This document shows, piece after piece, positions 43,615-53,058 of a stretch of 64,000 bases of DNA. The DNA comes from Haemophilus parainfluenzae (GTDB taxonomy: Bacteria > Pseudomonadota > Gammaproteobacteria > Enterobacterales > Pasteurellaceae): contig CAUTFW010000005.1 in assembly GCA_963537955.1 (NCBI GenBank), forward strand, positions 12,118 to 76,117. Reading direction: 5' to 3'. A program made the position numbers and the translations under genes. Position 1 is the first letter of the stretch. Every line of letters starts with the position of its first letter. The notes beneath the pieces are model-generated. The model saw only the letters and a program-made list of their open reading frames with translations. It did no database searches and was not told where the DNA came from.

Positions 43615-44817
43615 TTAGCTTTCAGCAATTCCCATTGCACAAACAGCAGCCGAACTCCATGCCCATTGGAAGTTATAACCGCCTAACCAACCGACGACAT
43701 CGAGCACTTCACCGATAAAATAGAGACCTTTAATCTTTGTGGCTTCCATGGTTTTAGATGAAATCTCATGAGTATCAACTCCACCCATTGTGACTTCAGC
43801 CGTGCGGTAGCCTTCAGTGCCATTAGGAATGAATTGCCAATTGTGGATTAAATTCTCTAAATTTTCTAACCGCACTTTACTTAAGTTCGCGATCACTTCG
43901 TCTTGAATTAAGCCTTGTTCTAACCAAAGTTCGACTAATTTCTTCGGTAATAATCGACTTAATACGGTTTTTAACTGCAATTTAGGTGAAGATTGACGCA
44001 TCTCATCGAGATGATGACGAATATCGTTATAAGGTAATAAATCTAAATGAATGCTTTCACCCGGTTGCCAATAATTGGATATTTGCAAAATGGCAGGGCC
44101 AGATAAACCGCGATGGGTGAATAACATTTGATGAGTAAAGGTTTTGTTTTGATTTGTTGCCGCTACATCTAATGAAATGCCGGATAGTGCTGCATAGAAT
44201 TTGTCACTTTCTCGCCACGTGAATGGCACAAGGCTTGCACGCGGAGGAATCACATTTAATCCAAATTGTTCTGCAATTTGATAGCCAAAAGGCGAAGCGC
44301 CCAAGCCTGGCATGGAGAGCCCACCTGTGGCAATAATCAAATTTCGACATTGCCATTCAACTGCATTTACCTTTAATTTAAACCGCACTTTAGGATTGTT
44401 TTCAACCGCTTCAACATCACTCACTTCGCTGCGTAGTTGAATGTTGACACCGTATTTGTCACATTCCGTTCCGAGCATCTTCACGATATCTTCTGCACCG
44501 TTATCACAAAATAACTGACCTAATTCTTTTTCGTGATAAGGAATGCCATACTCAGCGACTAAAGCAATAAAATCCCATTGTGTATAACGTTTTAAGGCAG
44601 ATTTGACGAAGTGTTTGTTCTGGCTGATATAACGGCTAGACGTAATTTCCATATTGGTGAAATTACAGAATCCACCGCCAGACATTAAAATTTTTCGGCC
44701 AATTTTCTTACCATTATCAAAAATAGTGGCTTGTTTGCCCAGTTTGCCTAACTGAGCGGCACAAAATAAGCCGGCAGCACCGGCTCCAATGATGATATTT
44801 TCTGAATAATGAGACAT
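43615..44817 (-). CDS. HI0933/YhiN (BaiN-like) family FAD-dependent flavoprotein
   Basis: N-terminal GAGAAGLFCA dinucleotide fold; 400 aa. Lies 3 bp downstream of the nrfFG stop. Confidence 0.88.
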   Translation of the reverse strand: MSHYSENIIIGAGAAGLFCAAQLGKLGKQATIFDNGKKIGRKILMSGGGFCNFTNMEITSSRYISQNKHFVKSALKRYTQWDFIALVAEYGIPYHEKELGQLFCDNGAEDIVKMLGTECDKYGVNIQLRSEVSDVEAVENNPKVRFKLKVNAVEWQCRNLIIATGGLSMPGLGASPFGYQIAEQFGLNVIPPRASLVPFTWRESDKFYAALSGISLDVAATNQNKTFTHQMLFTHRGLSGPAILQISNYWQPGESIHLDLLPYNDIRHHLDEMRQSSPKLQLKTVLSRLLPKKLVELWLEQGLIQDEVIANLSKVRLENLENLIHNWQFIPNGTEGYRTAEVTMGGVDTHEISSKTMEATKIKGLYFIGEVLDVVGWLGGYNFQWAWSSAAVCAMGIAES

Positions 44818-44820
44818 AGC

Positions 44821-45876
44821 TTATTGTGAGGTTTGTCCTTTTTCAAAATAGTCTATCATTTTGATTCGTTGGATAACAGTACGACGATCCACGGCAGCAT
44901 TACCTGAATCTAATAATTGCTGCCAATAAGCTTTGGCTTTTTCAGCGTCATGATTTTTAAAGGCTTCAGTCGCCAATAATGTTATCACTGATATTTCATG
45001 TTTATCTTGTTTTAACGCCTCATCCATTATTTGCTGGATTGGTGGTGTGATATTTTGACCCGCTTGATAATAAAGTGCGGTCGCTTTGAGGCCTAGAATA
45101 GCCGGTGTTGTACCTGAAATTTTTTCTGCATTGCTATAGGCGATGAGCGCATGATCAAATTCATCATTTTGCATATAAGCATCACCTAGCTGAGCCCAAA
45201 GCTCAGGGTTATTCACATCTTCTCGAATTTTATTTTGAATTTTGAGCACCATATCTTCTTTTTGATGCACCATTGATGTATCGGCTTTTTTATTGGCAAG
45301 CTCAACCATCTCTTTTTCGCCTTGTTGAACACGTTCAAAACGATCAAGGGAGAAGTAATAACTTAAAGGAAGAACCAACAAAATAGCAAAGACCCAAATG
45401 GCGGATTTGGTTTCAAATTTGACCGCACTTTTTTCTTCTTTAGGCGTTGTATGAGATTGATTTTCAAGTGGTTTAGGTACATTTTCTGATTTTTTTGTGG
45501 AAAACAAAATCAACGCAAAGGCCCCAATTAATAGCAAAATAGGCAATAGCCAGAGGAGTGCGGTATTCCATTGGAAAGGTGGCTTATAGTTCACGAAATT
45601 ACCGAAACGTGCGGTCATTGTGTCGATAATTTGCTGATTCGTTTTTCCTTCATCCACCATTTTATAGACTTCAATACGTAAGTCATAAGCAATCGGCGAA
45701 TTGGACTCAACTAAATTCTGATTCTGACATTGTGGGCAACGTAAGGATTTTGCCAGTTCAACAGCTCGAGTACGATCGGCTTGGTTTTTAAACGCATAGG
45801 TATCCACCATTTCTGCGTGAGCAAAAAGGGCAAAAGTCAGTAAAAGTGCGGTCAGAAATCGGGTTAATTTTTTCAT
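44821..45876 (-). CDS. nrfF: cytochrome c nitrite reductase haem-lyase accessory protein, fused NrfF (CcmH-like) and NrfG (TPR)
   Basis: Signal peptide, LRCPQCQNQ motif, central TM segments and C-terminal TPR repeats. Confidence 0.85.
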   Translation of the reverse strand: MKKLTRFLTALLLTFALFAHAEMVDTYAFKNQADRTRAVELAKSLRCPQCQNQNLVESNSPIAYDLRIEVYKMVDEGKTNQQIIDTMTARFGNFVNYKPPFQWNTALLWLLPILLLIGAFALILFSTKKSENVPKPLENQSHTTPKEEKSAVKFETKSAIWVFAILLVLPLSYYFSLDRFERVQQGEKEMVELANKKADTSMVHQKEDMVLKIQNKIREDVNNPELWAQLGDAYMQNDEFDHALIAYSNAEKISGTTPAILGLKATALYYQAGQNITPPIQQIMDEALKQDKHEISVITLLATEAFKNHDAEKAKAYWQQLLDSGNAAVDRRTVIQRIKMIDYFEKGQTSQ

Positions 45877-45877
45877 T

Positions 45878-46411
45878 TTACTTTTTTGTTAATTCATCAA
45901 GTTTTGGTTTGATTTCGGTAAGCCACGTTTCACGATCCATATAGCCGGAATGACGATAACGGATCATGCCGTGCTCATCGACAATATAGGTCTCTGGTGC
46001 ACCATCTACGCCTAATTGCATCGCAAATTCACCACGGCTATCGTCAATAGTGAGTATAAATGGGTTGCCCATGCGTTCTAGCATCGCAATACCGTTTTGT
46101 GGTTTGTCACGATAGTCGATGCCCACAATGGGCACGTCTTTTGAAATTTCCATCAAGAGAGGGTGTTCTTGTTGGCAATAGCCACACCAACTTCCCCACA
46201 CATTAAGCAGGAAAGGTTGCTTTGGAAAATCTCTTGGGCTGACAATTTGATTCGGTTCAAGCAAATTCGCTTGATAGAATTCTGGCACAGGCTTATCAAT
46301 GAGTGCTGAGGCAATTTGTTTTGGATCTTTGTGTAAGCCAACAAAAAGCAGTAAGCAAATGCTCAATAACAAAATCAGCGGTAAAAACAAAATAAACTTT
46401 TTATTCATCAC
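45878..46411 (-). CDS. dsbE: thiol:disulfide interchange protein (DsbE/CcmG-like, Nrf-specific)
   Basis: Membrane anchor plus a thioredoxin fold with WGSWCGYC. Confidence 0.88.
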   Translation of the reverse strand: MMNKKFILFLPLILLLSICLLLFVGLHKDPKQIASALIDKPVPEFYQANLLEPNQIVSPRDFPKQPFLLNVWGSWCGYCQQEHPLLMEISKDVPIVGIDYRDKPQNGIAMLERMGNPFILTIDDSRGEFAMQLGVDGAPETYIVDEHGMIRYRHSGYMDRETWLTEIKPKLDELTKK

Positions 46412-48305
46412 GTTTTCTCTTCAAATTGATGGCTGAACATAATGCGCCAAGTGCCATTAAAATGCCTCCGAGCCATAACCAGCGAATAAGCGGTTTGTAA
46501 TGTAAACGGAATGTGAATTCACCTTTACCTAAGTTATCGCCCATAACAATATATAAATCGCCCCAAAAGCCTGCATCTAAGCCCACTTCACTCATAGTCA
46601 TGGTACGAACGTCGTAATAGCGGCGTTCAGGTACAATGTCAGCGTAAGGTTTGCCTTGTTTTGACACGTTAAAGAAAGCAACTTCGGCGGTAAAGTTAGG
46701 TCCGATTTCATTGGAAAAACGATCATAATGGAATTCAAATTGACCTAATTGCTGGCTTTGTTGTGGTGCAAGTCTAACACCTAATTCACTGCCAAAGTAA
46801 CTACTCATCACGGCGCCCATTGTGGCAATCGCCACGCCACAGTGTGCGAGAATCATCCCGAAATAGGCAAGTCTGACTTTTGCCCAATTTTGCCATAAGG
46901 TGACGAATAATACCCAAATAGCGAGAGTAAGTAGTACATAAGCGAAGAAATGGAAACGTAACGCACTGTCATTTTGCAGCGCATTCCAAATCATGCCATA
47001 AGCAATCACTGCAGCGGGAATAAGTAATAACAGACGTTTGAAAAAACGTTTCTTATCGGCTTTAAACCAGTTTAAGCAAAGTGTGCCCGCCATGGCAAAA
47101 AGCACTAACGTAAGCAAGGGTAAGAAAATACTATTAAAGTAAGGCGCACCCACAGAAATACTTCCCCAATTCATGGCTTGGAATAGCATTGGATAGAAAG
47201 TGCCTAAGAAGGTACTGACGGTGGCCACGGTCAATACGATGTTTAAACCTAAAATCGCCCCAGTTTTAGAAAAGAGTGGAAATTTGACCGCACTTTCGTT
47301 GGTATTTGTGCGTAGCGCAAATAAACTGAGCGAGCCGACAGTCAGTAAGAAGAAAATGAGTAATAGCACATAACCACGGGAGCTATCTAAAGCAAAGGCG
47401 TGCACGGAGGTTAATGCACCTGAACGAACAATAAATGTGCCTAATACACTGAATGCAAAAGCGAGTAGAGAAAAGAGTGTTGTCCAGTAGCTAAACATGC
47501 CTTGCTTTTCAGTCACCATCAAACTGTGTAAAAGTGCGAGTCCCAATAACCATGGCATAAGAGAGGCGTTTTCTACCGGATCCCAGAACCACCAGCCGCC
47601 CCAGCCTAATTCGTAATATGCCCACCAGGCACCGAGAACGATCCCTAATGTTAAGAATAACCAAGAAACGAGCACCCAAGCTCGCATTGCACGCGCAATT
47701 GCTTGTGCAGAACGATTAAAGATTAAAGCTGAAATGGACATGGCAAAGTTAACGGCAAAGCCTACATAACCGACATATAAAAGCGGCGGGTGGAAAATTA
47801 AGCCAATATCTTGCAGCATAGGATTGAGATCTCGCCCTTCTGCAGGGGCTGGGAATGCACGTCCAAATGGATTGGAGTAGAACAAAATGAAAATAGCAAA
47901 CCCAAGACAAATTAAGCCGAGTAAAGAAAGGGTTTGTGCAGAAAAAGTGCGGTCATTTTTGCGAGAGAAAAAGGCAAAAGCCACTAACCAAAGACTTAAT
48001 GTGAAAAGCCAAAATAAAATGGAGCCTTCATGTCCGCCCCAGGTGGCGGCGACTTTAAAAAATGTTGGTAGTTGAGAATTGGAGTGCGCTGCCACGTATT
48101 CCAAAGTGAAGTCATCCATTGCAAAAGAGTAGGCAAGAATGCCGATTGAGACGCTCGTAAAAATACCGAAACAATAACTTAATCCCCAAGCCGTGTTGGT
48201 GAGAGAGGGTTTATTTCGCCAAATACCAATTTGCGGCACGATGGAAAGTAAGAGCGCCGCGGTGGTGGCAAAGAGTAATGAGAGAAATCCGAATTCGGGG
48301 AGCAT
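46401..48305 (-). CDS. nrfE: haem lyase NrfE (CcmF family)
   Basis: [12 protein letters not shown] (WWD) motif; 634-aa polytopic protein. Confidence 0.92.
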   Translation of the reverse strand: MLPEFGFLSLLFATTAALLLSIVPQIGIWRNKPSLTNTAWGLSYCFGIFTSVSIGILAYSFAMDDFTLEYVAAHSNSQLPTFFKVAATWGGHEGSILFWLFTLSLWLVAFAFFSRKNDRTFSAQTLSLLGLICLGFAIFILFYSNPFGRAFPAPAEGRDLNPMLQDIGLIFHPPLLYVGYVGFAVNFAMSISALIFNRSAQAIARAMRAWVLVSWLFLTLGIVLGAWWAYYELGWGGWWFWDPVENASLMPWLLGLALLHSLMVTEKQGMFSYWTTLFSLLAFAFSVLGTFIVRSGALTSVHAFALDSSRGYVLLLIFFLLTVGSLSLFALRTNTNESAVKFPLFSKTGAILGLNIVLTVATVSTFLGTFYPMLFQAMNWGSISVGAPYFNSIFLPLLTLVLFAMAGTLCLNWFKADKKRFFKRLLLLIPAAVIAYGMIWNALQNDSALRFHFFAYVLLTLAIWVLFVTLWQNWAKVRLAYFGMILAHCGVAIATMGAVMSSYFGSELGVRLAPQQSQQLGQFEFHYDRFSNEIGPNFTAEVAFFNVSKQGKPYADIVPERRYYDVRTMTMSEVGLDAGFWGDLYIVMGDNLGKGEFTFRLHYKPLIRWLWLGGILMALGALCSAINLKRKRDE

Positions 48306-48406
48306 AGTATTCTTCAGTATTAATGGTTGTATTTGACAAAATAAGGTTAATTTTAAGCATGAAAAACATACGTAAAATTAACCGCACTTTAGTCTTTTAA
48401 ATAAAC

Positions 48407-48431
48407 AAAAGGCGTATTGTATACGCCTTTT
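48407..48431 (-). terminator. rho-independent terminator after nrfD
   Basis: AAAAGGCGTAT-aca-ATACGCCTTTT followed by GTTTATTT on the minus strand. Separates nrfABCD from nrfE-dsbE-nrfFG. Confidence 0.75.
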
Positions 48432-48452
48432 GATTAAATAAGAAGTTTATCC

Positions 48453-49418
48453 TTACGCAACGGTAAGTTGTCCTGCATACAAGATGAAGTAACGTAAGCA
48501 GAGAACCCCGATTAAGTCGAAGATTGACACAAGGATAATAAAGTTCTTGTTGTATTTTAAGCAGTCTTTTGCTGCAAGGTTCGCAAGTAGAGGAATGATG
48601 ATACCAATTAAGAATACCCCAATCCAGAACACAGCCCCCCAGAAGCCGGAAAGAGCATTGTGCAATGCAACTACTTTCTGACCGCCACCGAAGTGTAGAC
48701 CAACAAAGAAACAGATTAATAAACCAAGTTCAGTTACCATAATTGGCACTTCAAATTTGTGAATGAAGTGTGATTCATGGCTATCACCTTTTAATTTACC
48801 AGCAATGAGGATAAATAAGAAGGTTGCAGCGATACCTGAAGAGGTACCTGAAGCTAAGAATAACGCTGGTAGAACAGGGTTATTTAACATTGGGTAACTG
48901 ATCAATGCTGAAAGTAAGAAACCGGTATAAGCCCCTAGCACAGCGGCTAAGATGAAGAGAATGACTTCTACAGGACCAGTTAAACGTTCTAATACATTGA
49001 TGATTTTACCGACAAACCCCAGTTTTGGCATAAAACGTTGAATGAACGCCATGATATCTTCTTTGAAGATAACTGCACACCAACATACCAAGAACAGCAT
49101 ATAAACTTGGAATAACATTACCCCCATAGACATTACAGAGTTGAATTGATAGTTAAACATCAATTTCCAGAATGTCCAAGGACGTGCCAAGTGGAAAATT
49201 AATAGGGTTAAACCAATTAATGTTGGCACAGAACCTAAAACGGCGGCTGCTCGGATAATCCAGTTTTTGCTAGGATTTTCTAATTTGTGACTACGTTTAT
49301 AAGCAATCGCTAATTGTACCGCACCGGAAGAAATACCAAGTAAGAACAAATAGATAGCGATTGTTGAATCCCACACCAAGTTAGGTGTGTGAAACGGAAC
49401 AGGATAATCTAATGTCAT
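48453..49418 (-). CDS. nrfD: nitrite reductase quinol-oxidising membrane subunit NrfD
   Basis: 321-aa, 8-TM NrfD/PsrC family protein; 4-nt overlap with nrfC. Confidence 0.92.
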   Translation of the reverse strand: MTLDYPVPFHTPNLVWDSTIAIYLFLLGISSGAVQLAIAYKRSHKLENPSKNWIIRAAAVLGSVPTLIGLTLLIFHLARPWTFWKLMFNYQFNSVMSMGVMLFQVYMLFLVCWCAVIFKEDIMAFIQRFMPKLGFVGKIINVLERLTGPVEVILFILAAVLGAYTGFLLSALISYPMLNNPVLPALFLASGTSSGIAATFLFILIAGKLKGDSHESHFIHKFEVPIMVTELGLLICFFVGLHFGGGQKVVALHNALSGFWGAVFWIGVFLIGIIIPLLANLAAKDCLKYNKNFIILVSIFDLIGVLCLRYFILYAGQLTVA

Positions 49419-50092
49419 CTTCTTGGCTCCCCGTGTTGGAATGGAATATGGTAAAGATTTGGTTGAGTACCTAATTCCACTTTCGTGCGATAAACCGGAT
49501 TTTCTTTCACTTTGCGGGAAACTGCACTGCTTGGATCATTCATATCACCAAAGGTTAATGCTTTGGTTGGACAAGCTTCTACACAAGCAGGTTGTTTGCC
49601 AGCTGCTAAGTTTGTATCGCGACAGAAGTTACATTTATCCGCAGTACGGTGTACTGGGTGAATGAAACGTACACGGTAAGGACAAACTGCAACACAGTAT
49701 TGGCAACCTACACAAAGATCTTTATGCACATCTACGATACCTGTTTCAGGATCAATAAATGATGCACCGGTTGGACAAACTGCCACACAAGGGGCGTTTG
49801 TACAGTGTTGGCAAGATTGACGGAAAAACTCGTATTCTTGATTTGGGAATTCGCCGTAAGGTTCACTACGGAGAATTTCCAAACGTGAAACGCCTTCAGG
49901 AACGTGGTTTGTTTCACGACAAGCATCCATACAAGCGGTACAGCCGATACAAGCTGTTTCGTCGTGTACCATTGCATAGCGTTTCGGTTTATCCGCCTTT
50001 TCCTCTTTCGCTAAAGAGGTAACTGATGTCCCCGTCATAAGGATTAATGCCCCCATGCCGGAAACAAAGTTTCGGCGTGAACAAGCTGTCAT
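49415..50092 (-). CDS. nrfC: 4Fe-4S ferredoxin subunit NrfC
   Basis: Tat signal SRRNFV and four Cys clusters (CIGCTACMDAC, CQHCTNAPC, CVGCQYCVAVC, CNFC...CVEAC). Confidence 0.93.
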   Translation of the reverse strand: MTACSRRNFVSGMGALILMTGTSVTSLAKEEKADKPKRYAMVHDETACIGCTACMDACRETNHVPEGVSRLEILRSEPYGEFPNQEYEFFRQSCQHCTNAPCVAVCPTGASFIDPETGIVDVHKDLCVGCQYCVAVCPYRVRFIHPVHRTADKCNFCRDTNLAAGKQPACVEACPTKALTFGDMNDPSSAVSRKVKENPVYRTKVELGTQPNLYHIPFQHGEPRR

Positions 50093-50757
50093 TATTTATC
50101 CTTTTGTTCGGTTGATTGCGTTTGTGATTGTGCGTCTTTTGCCGCTTTGCGTTTTTGTTGTTCGCCGTGGCAATCTACACAAAGTTTCACACGATTTTTC
50201 GGTTGAATACCTTTCATCGCATCATCTTTCGGGTGTAATGTGTGGCAGCTTGCACAAGGCAATTTCATTGCGTGAACATCGTGCGCCCAAAGTTTTTCAC
50301 GAAGTTTTGCCGGTTGGTGACAAGCAAAACAAACTTGGTTTTGTTCTTGCGCGGTATACATTGGTTTTTTATCACCAAAGATATCGCCATCAAAACGCAT
50401 CACATCTTTTGCTCCACGACGGTGATCTTCCGAAATATTACCGTGACAGTTTACACAGTTGATCGGTTTACCCGTGTTAGGGCTTTTTTGACTTAAGTGT
50501 GTACCATGGAATTTACCAAAATGTAATTCACCACCAGATTGATCCAAGGTTTGGTTTTTATCAACTTGGTCAAATTTGTGACATTTCGCACAATATTGGT
50601 TTGGATCACGTTGGTTATCCAATTGTGGCTCATAAGTGAGTTGAGAGGCAGGTGTTTTTGCCATCTCTTCCGCACTTGCAGCCATTGGCATTGCCGCAAG
50701 CATTGCAAGCAATGCAAGGGATTTAGCCGATTTGCTGATTAAAGAAGTTAAATTCAT
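50092..50757 (-). CDS. nrfB: pentahaem cytochrome c NrfB
   Basis: Signal peptide and five CxxCH motifs (CAKCH, CVNCH, CFACH, CASCH, CVDCH). Confidence 0.92.
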   Translation of the reverse strand: MNLTSLISKSAKSLALLAMLAAMPMAASAEEMAKTPASQLTYEPQLDNQRDPNQYCAKCHKFDQVDKNQTLDQSGGELHFGKFHGTHLSQKSPNTGKPINCVNCHGNISEDHRRGAKDVMRFDGDIFGDKKPMYTAQEQNQVCFACHQPAKLREKLWAHDVHAMKLPCASCHTLHPKDDAMKGIQPKNRVKLCVDCHGEQQKRKAAKDAQSQTQSTEQKDK

Positions 50758-50788
50758 TCTGATTACCTCAAATATATGGTTAAAAATG

Positions 50789-50822
50789 ACCGCACTTCGA
50801 CACTTTAGTTACAAAGTGCGGT
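50789..50822 (-). terminator. inverted USS hairpin between nrfA and nrfB (possible partial terminator or processing site)
   Basis: ACCGCACTT (50789) and AAGTGCGGT (50814) with a 16-nt loop, followed by T5 on the minus strand. Confidence 0.5.
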
Positions 50823-50829
50823 TCTTTTT

Positions 50830-52353
50830 TTATTGTTTTGTTGCGGTATCTTCAGCTAATTTGCCATTGGCTTTCGCTTCTTTTACCCATTGAGGTACAA
50901 CAGTTTCTAAGAATTCTTTTTTCGCTTTACGTTCTTTCTCGATATCAATACCCATTACTTTCCATGCTTTATCAGCTGTAGAAATATCTGGTACTTCAAC
51001 TGGAGTTTTCACGCCATGTTTAGTTAAGATTGCTGCAAGTTTAGCACGTGCATCCGCTGCTTTGTCGATACCAGAACCTAATACGCGAAGCATTACATCA
51101 GGTGCGTGCATGTGACCACCGTGACTTGCTGCTGCGTAGTCCCAACGCCATTGAGCGTGACGGATATCCATTAAAGCAGGTTCCATTTCTTCTTTAGTTG
51201 CACCTGCATCCCATGCCGCTTTCGCTTCAAAGTGAGCACGAACAACTTGATCTTCTAAACGACCCATTACATCTTTCACTTCTTTTTTACGTGAAGCAAC
51301 GATGTCTTTAAGTTTTTCTTTGCTTTGATCGTGACAGTTTGCACATGTGGTATCAAATGCATCGAATGGGTTTTGGATTTGGTGGTCGGTATAAACTTTA
51401 CCGTCTTTACCTTGTACTTTAGGCATGTGACAGTCGATACAAGTTACGCCGTTTTTACCGTGCATACCTAAAGACCAAATTTCAAAGTCAGGGTGTTGCG
51501 CTTTTAACATTGGTGCTTTAGAAAGAGAGTGAGTCCAGTCACTGAAGCCGATATCATCATAGTATTTTTCGATGTCATCAACAGTTTGACCGTTATCCCA
51601 AGGGAAGGTTACTTGTTTTAAGTCGCCCGCGAAGTAGTATTCAACATGACAGTTTGCACAGATTTCAGCACGTTTTTCAGTGCGAGCAGCTGTGTTAAAG
51701 CTTAAGTTAGCTTGTTCTTTACCTTCAGCTTTTGCTTTTGCTTGAAGTGCATTATTTAAGTGATCTAATGCACGAAGAACGTGTGGACGAGCAATACGTA
51801 ATGCAGGTTTGCCTTCAGCAAAGTCTTTAGAGGTCGTATCGTGACAGTCAGCACAACCGATCGAGTTGACAATTTCTGGTCCACCTTTAGCCCATTTGGC
51901 ACCAAAGTAACCATCTTCACCCCATTCTGCAATTAAACGAGGAACGTCTGGACCTTTACAAGTCCAACATGCCATTGGTTGAGGGCCATCATTTGCATTT
52001 TTGGGCGCACCAGTACGTAAAATATTACGTACATCTTCTACTGCATAAACGTGACCACGAGGTGCGTTATATTCTTTTGCGAAAGAATAGCCCCCCCATA
52101 ACACGATTAAACGAGGATCTTGTTCATTAGCATAGATGATTTTGTCGCCTTTTTCAGTCGCTTTCCACGAATTGAATTGGCTAGGATATTTCTCAGCAAA
52201 TTTTTCATTCACTGCTTCGATTTTTAAATTAGGGTTTGGTGCTTCCACAGGTTGTTCAACAGGCTTGTATACCATTTCAGCCATCGCTGAGTTATACACA
52301 CCTAAAGCTGCGAAAGAAGTGGCCAAAACAAGGCTTTTTCTCAATGCGTTCAC
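50830..52353 (-). CDS. nrfA: cytochrome c-552 nitrite reductase NrfA
   Basis: Active-site CWTCK plus four CxxCH motifs. Start moved to GTG 52351-52353 ([18 protein letters not shown] signal peptide), 8 nt after GGAG; the track ATG at 52404 lacks an RBS. Confidence 0.92.
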   Translation of the reverse strand: MNALRKSLVLATSFAALGVYNSAMAEMVYKPVEQPVEAPNPNLKIEAVNEKFAEKYPSQFNSWKATEKGDKIIYANEQDPRLIVLWGGYSFAKEYNAPRGHVYAVEDVRNILRTGAPKNANDGPQPMACWTCKGPDVPRLIAEWGEDGYFGAKWAKGGPEIVNSIGCADCHDTTSKDFAEGKPALRIARPHVLRALDHLNNALQAKAKAEGKEQANLSFNTAARTEKRAEICANCHVEYYFAGDLKQVTFPWDNGQTVDDIEKYYDDIGFSDWTHSLSKAPMLKAQHPDFEIWSLGMHGKNGVTCIDCHMPKVQGKDGKVYTDHQIQNPFDAFDTTCANCHDQSKEKLKDIVASRKKEVKDVMGRLEDQVVRAHFEAKAAWDAGATKEEMEPALMDIRHAQWRWDYAAASHGGHMHAPDVMLRVLGSGIDKAADARAKLAAILTKHGVKTPVEVPDISTADKAWKVMGIDIEKERKAKKEFLETVVPQWVKEAKANGKLAEDTATKQ

Positions 52354-52500
52354 GATAATCACTCCATTAGGAAAGAATAAAAAAACAATTTTAAATGCGA
52401 ACAATTCCTATTAAGCTTTTGAATTCACTCATAAAAATGGCTCAACGCAAGCATAAGATACCAAAAAGCAGTAGTTTTTATACGGTTTTTTTTCAAAAAT

Positions 52501-52514
52501 TTGAGGTTGATCAA
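52501..52514. promoter_or_regulatory. FNR-like box TTGAG-gttg-ATCAA upstream of nrfA
   Basis: One mismatch to TTGAT-N4-ATCAA. A TATAAA hexamer follows 18 nt downstream on the minus strand; nrfA is FNR-activated in E. coli. Confidence 0.4.
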
Positions 52515-52748
52515 ACTTTAAAATCAAAATACTTATAAAGGGGTATATTGGTATTGAGAAAGTGGTAAAGGATAATATTCTAAAAGAGGCAAAAGTGCGG
52601 TTGATTTTCATCGTGTTTTTTTACTTGTTTGAGAGGGATTAAACCCATGTGATTAGCCCATCCTGAGTACTTTTTTAATGTTCGCTTTTTACGCAAACGT
52701 TAAAATGTAAATTTTTTGTAAAAAACAGTGTAAAAAGCAAACATTTCC

Positions 52749-52776
52749 TTGATCTTATGCTTAGCTCCTATATACT
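52749..52776 (+). promoter_or_regulatory. candidate sigma70 promoter of the autotransporter gene
   Basis: TTGATC, 16-nt spacer, TATACT, about 90 bp upstream of the ATG at 52864. Confidence 0.4.
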
Positions 52777-52863
52777 CCAAGGACTTTACTATTTACTTGC
52801 TTAGTTTGCATTATTTTAGCTTCGCAACAACTTATTGGCCTATTTGTTTGGGAGAACCTTTTT

Positions 52864-53058
52864 ATGAACAAAGTATTTAAGATTATTTGGAACAAAACGA
52901 CACAATCTTTCGTCGTGACATCAGAATTAGCGAAAGGAGCCGTAAAAGCTTCTTCAAACTCAGAACAACGTGTAACAAGCGAAACACGTTTGTCTTCTCT
53001 TTTTAAACTCTCTGCATTTGCACTTTCTTTATCTGCAGTGATGATGCCGGCACAAGCA
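52864..53058 (+). other. extended signal peptide region of the adhesin
   Basis: ESPR motif followed by a hydrophobic core and AQA-N cleavage context (predicted after residue 65). Confidence 0.7.

Noticed and set aside
50055-50742. Plus- and minus-strand ORFs of 67-135 aa overlapping nrfB and nrfC (50055-50462, 50242-50496, 50539-50742, 50493-50717).
   Set aside because: NrfB, with five CxxCH motifs, explains the region. The alternatives lack motifs and start signals.
52455-52480. NarP/NarL heptamer pair (TACCAAA aa GCAGTAG) upstream of nrfA.
   Set aside because: It matches TACYYMT-N2-AKRRGTA at too few positions to be distinguished from AT-rich background.
52486-52493. T8 tract in the nrfA-adhesin intergenic region as a phase-variation switch.
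   Set aside because: It is not positioned between the -35 and -10 elements of either candidate promoter and is short. No evidence of a spacer-length role.
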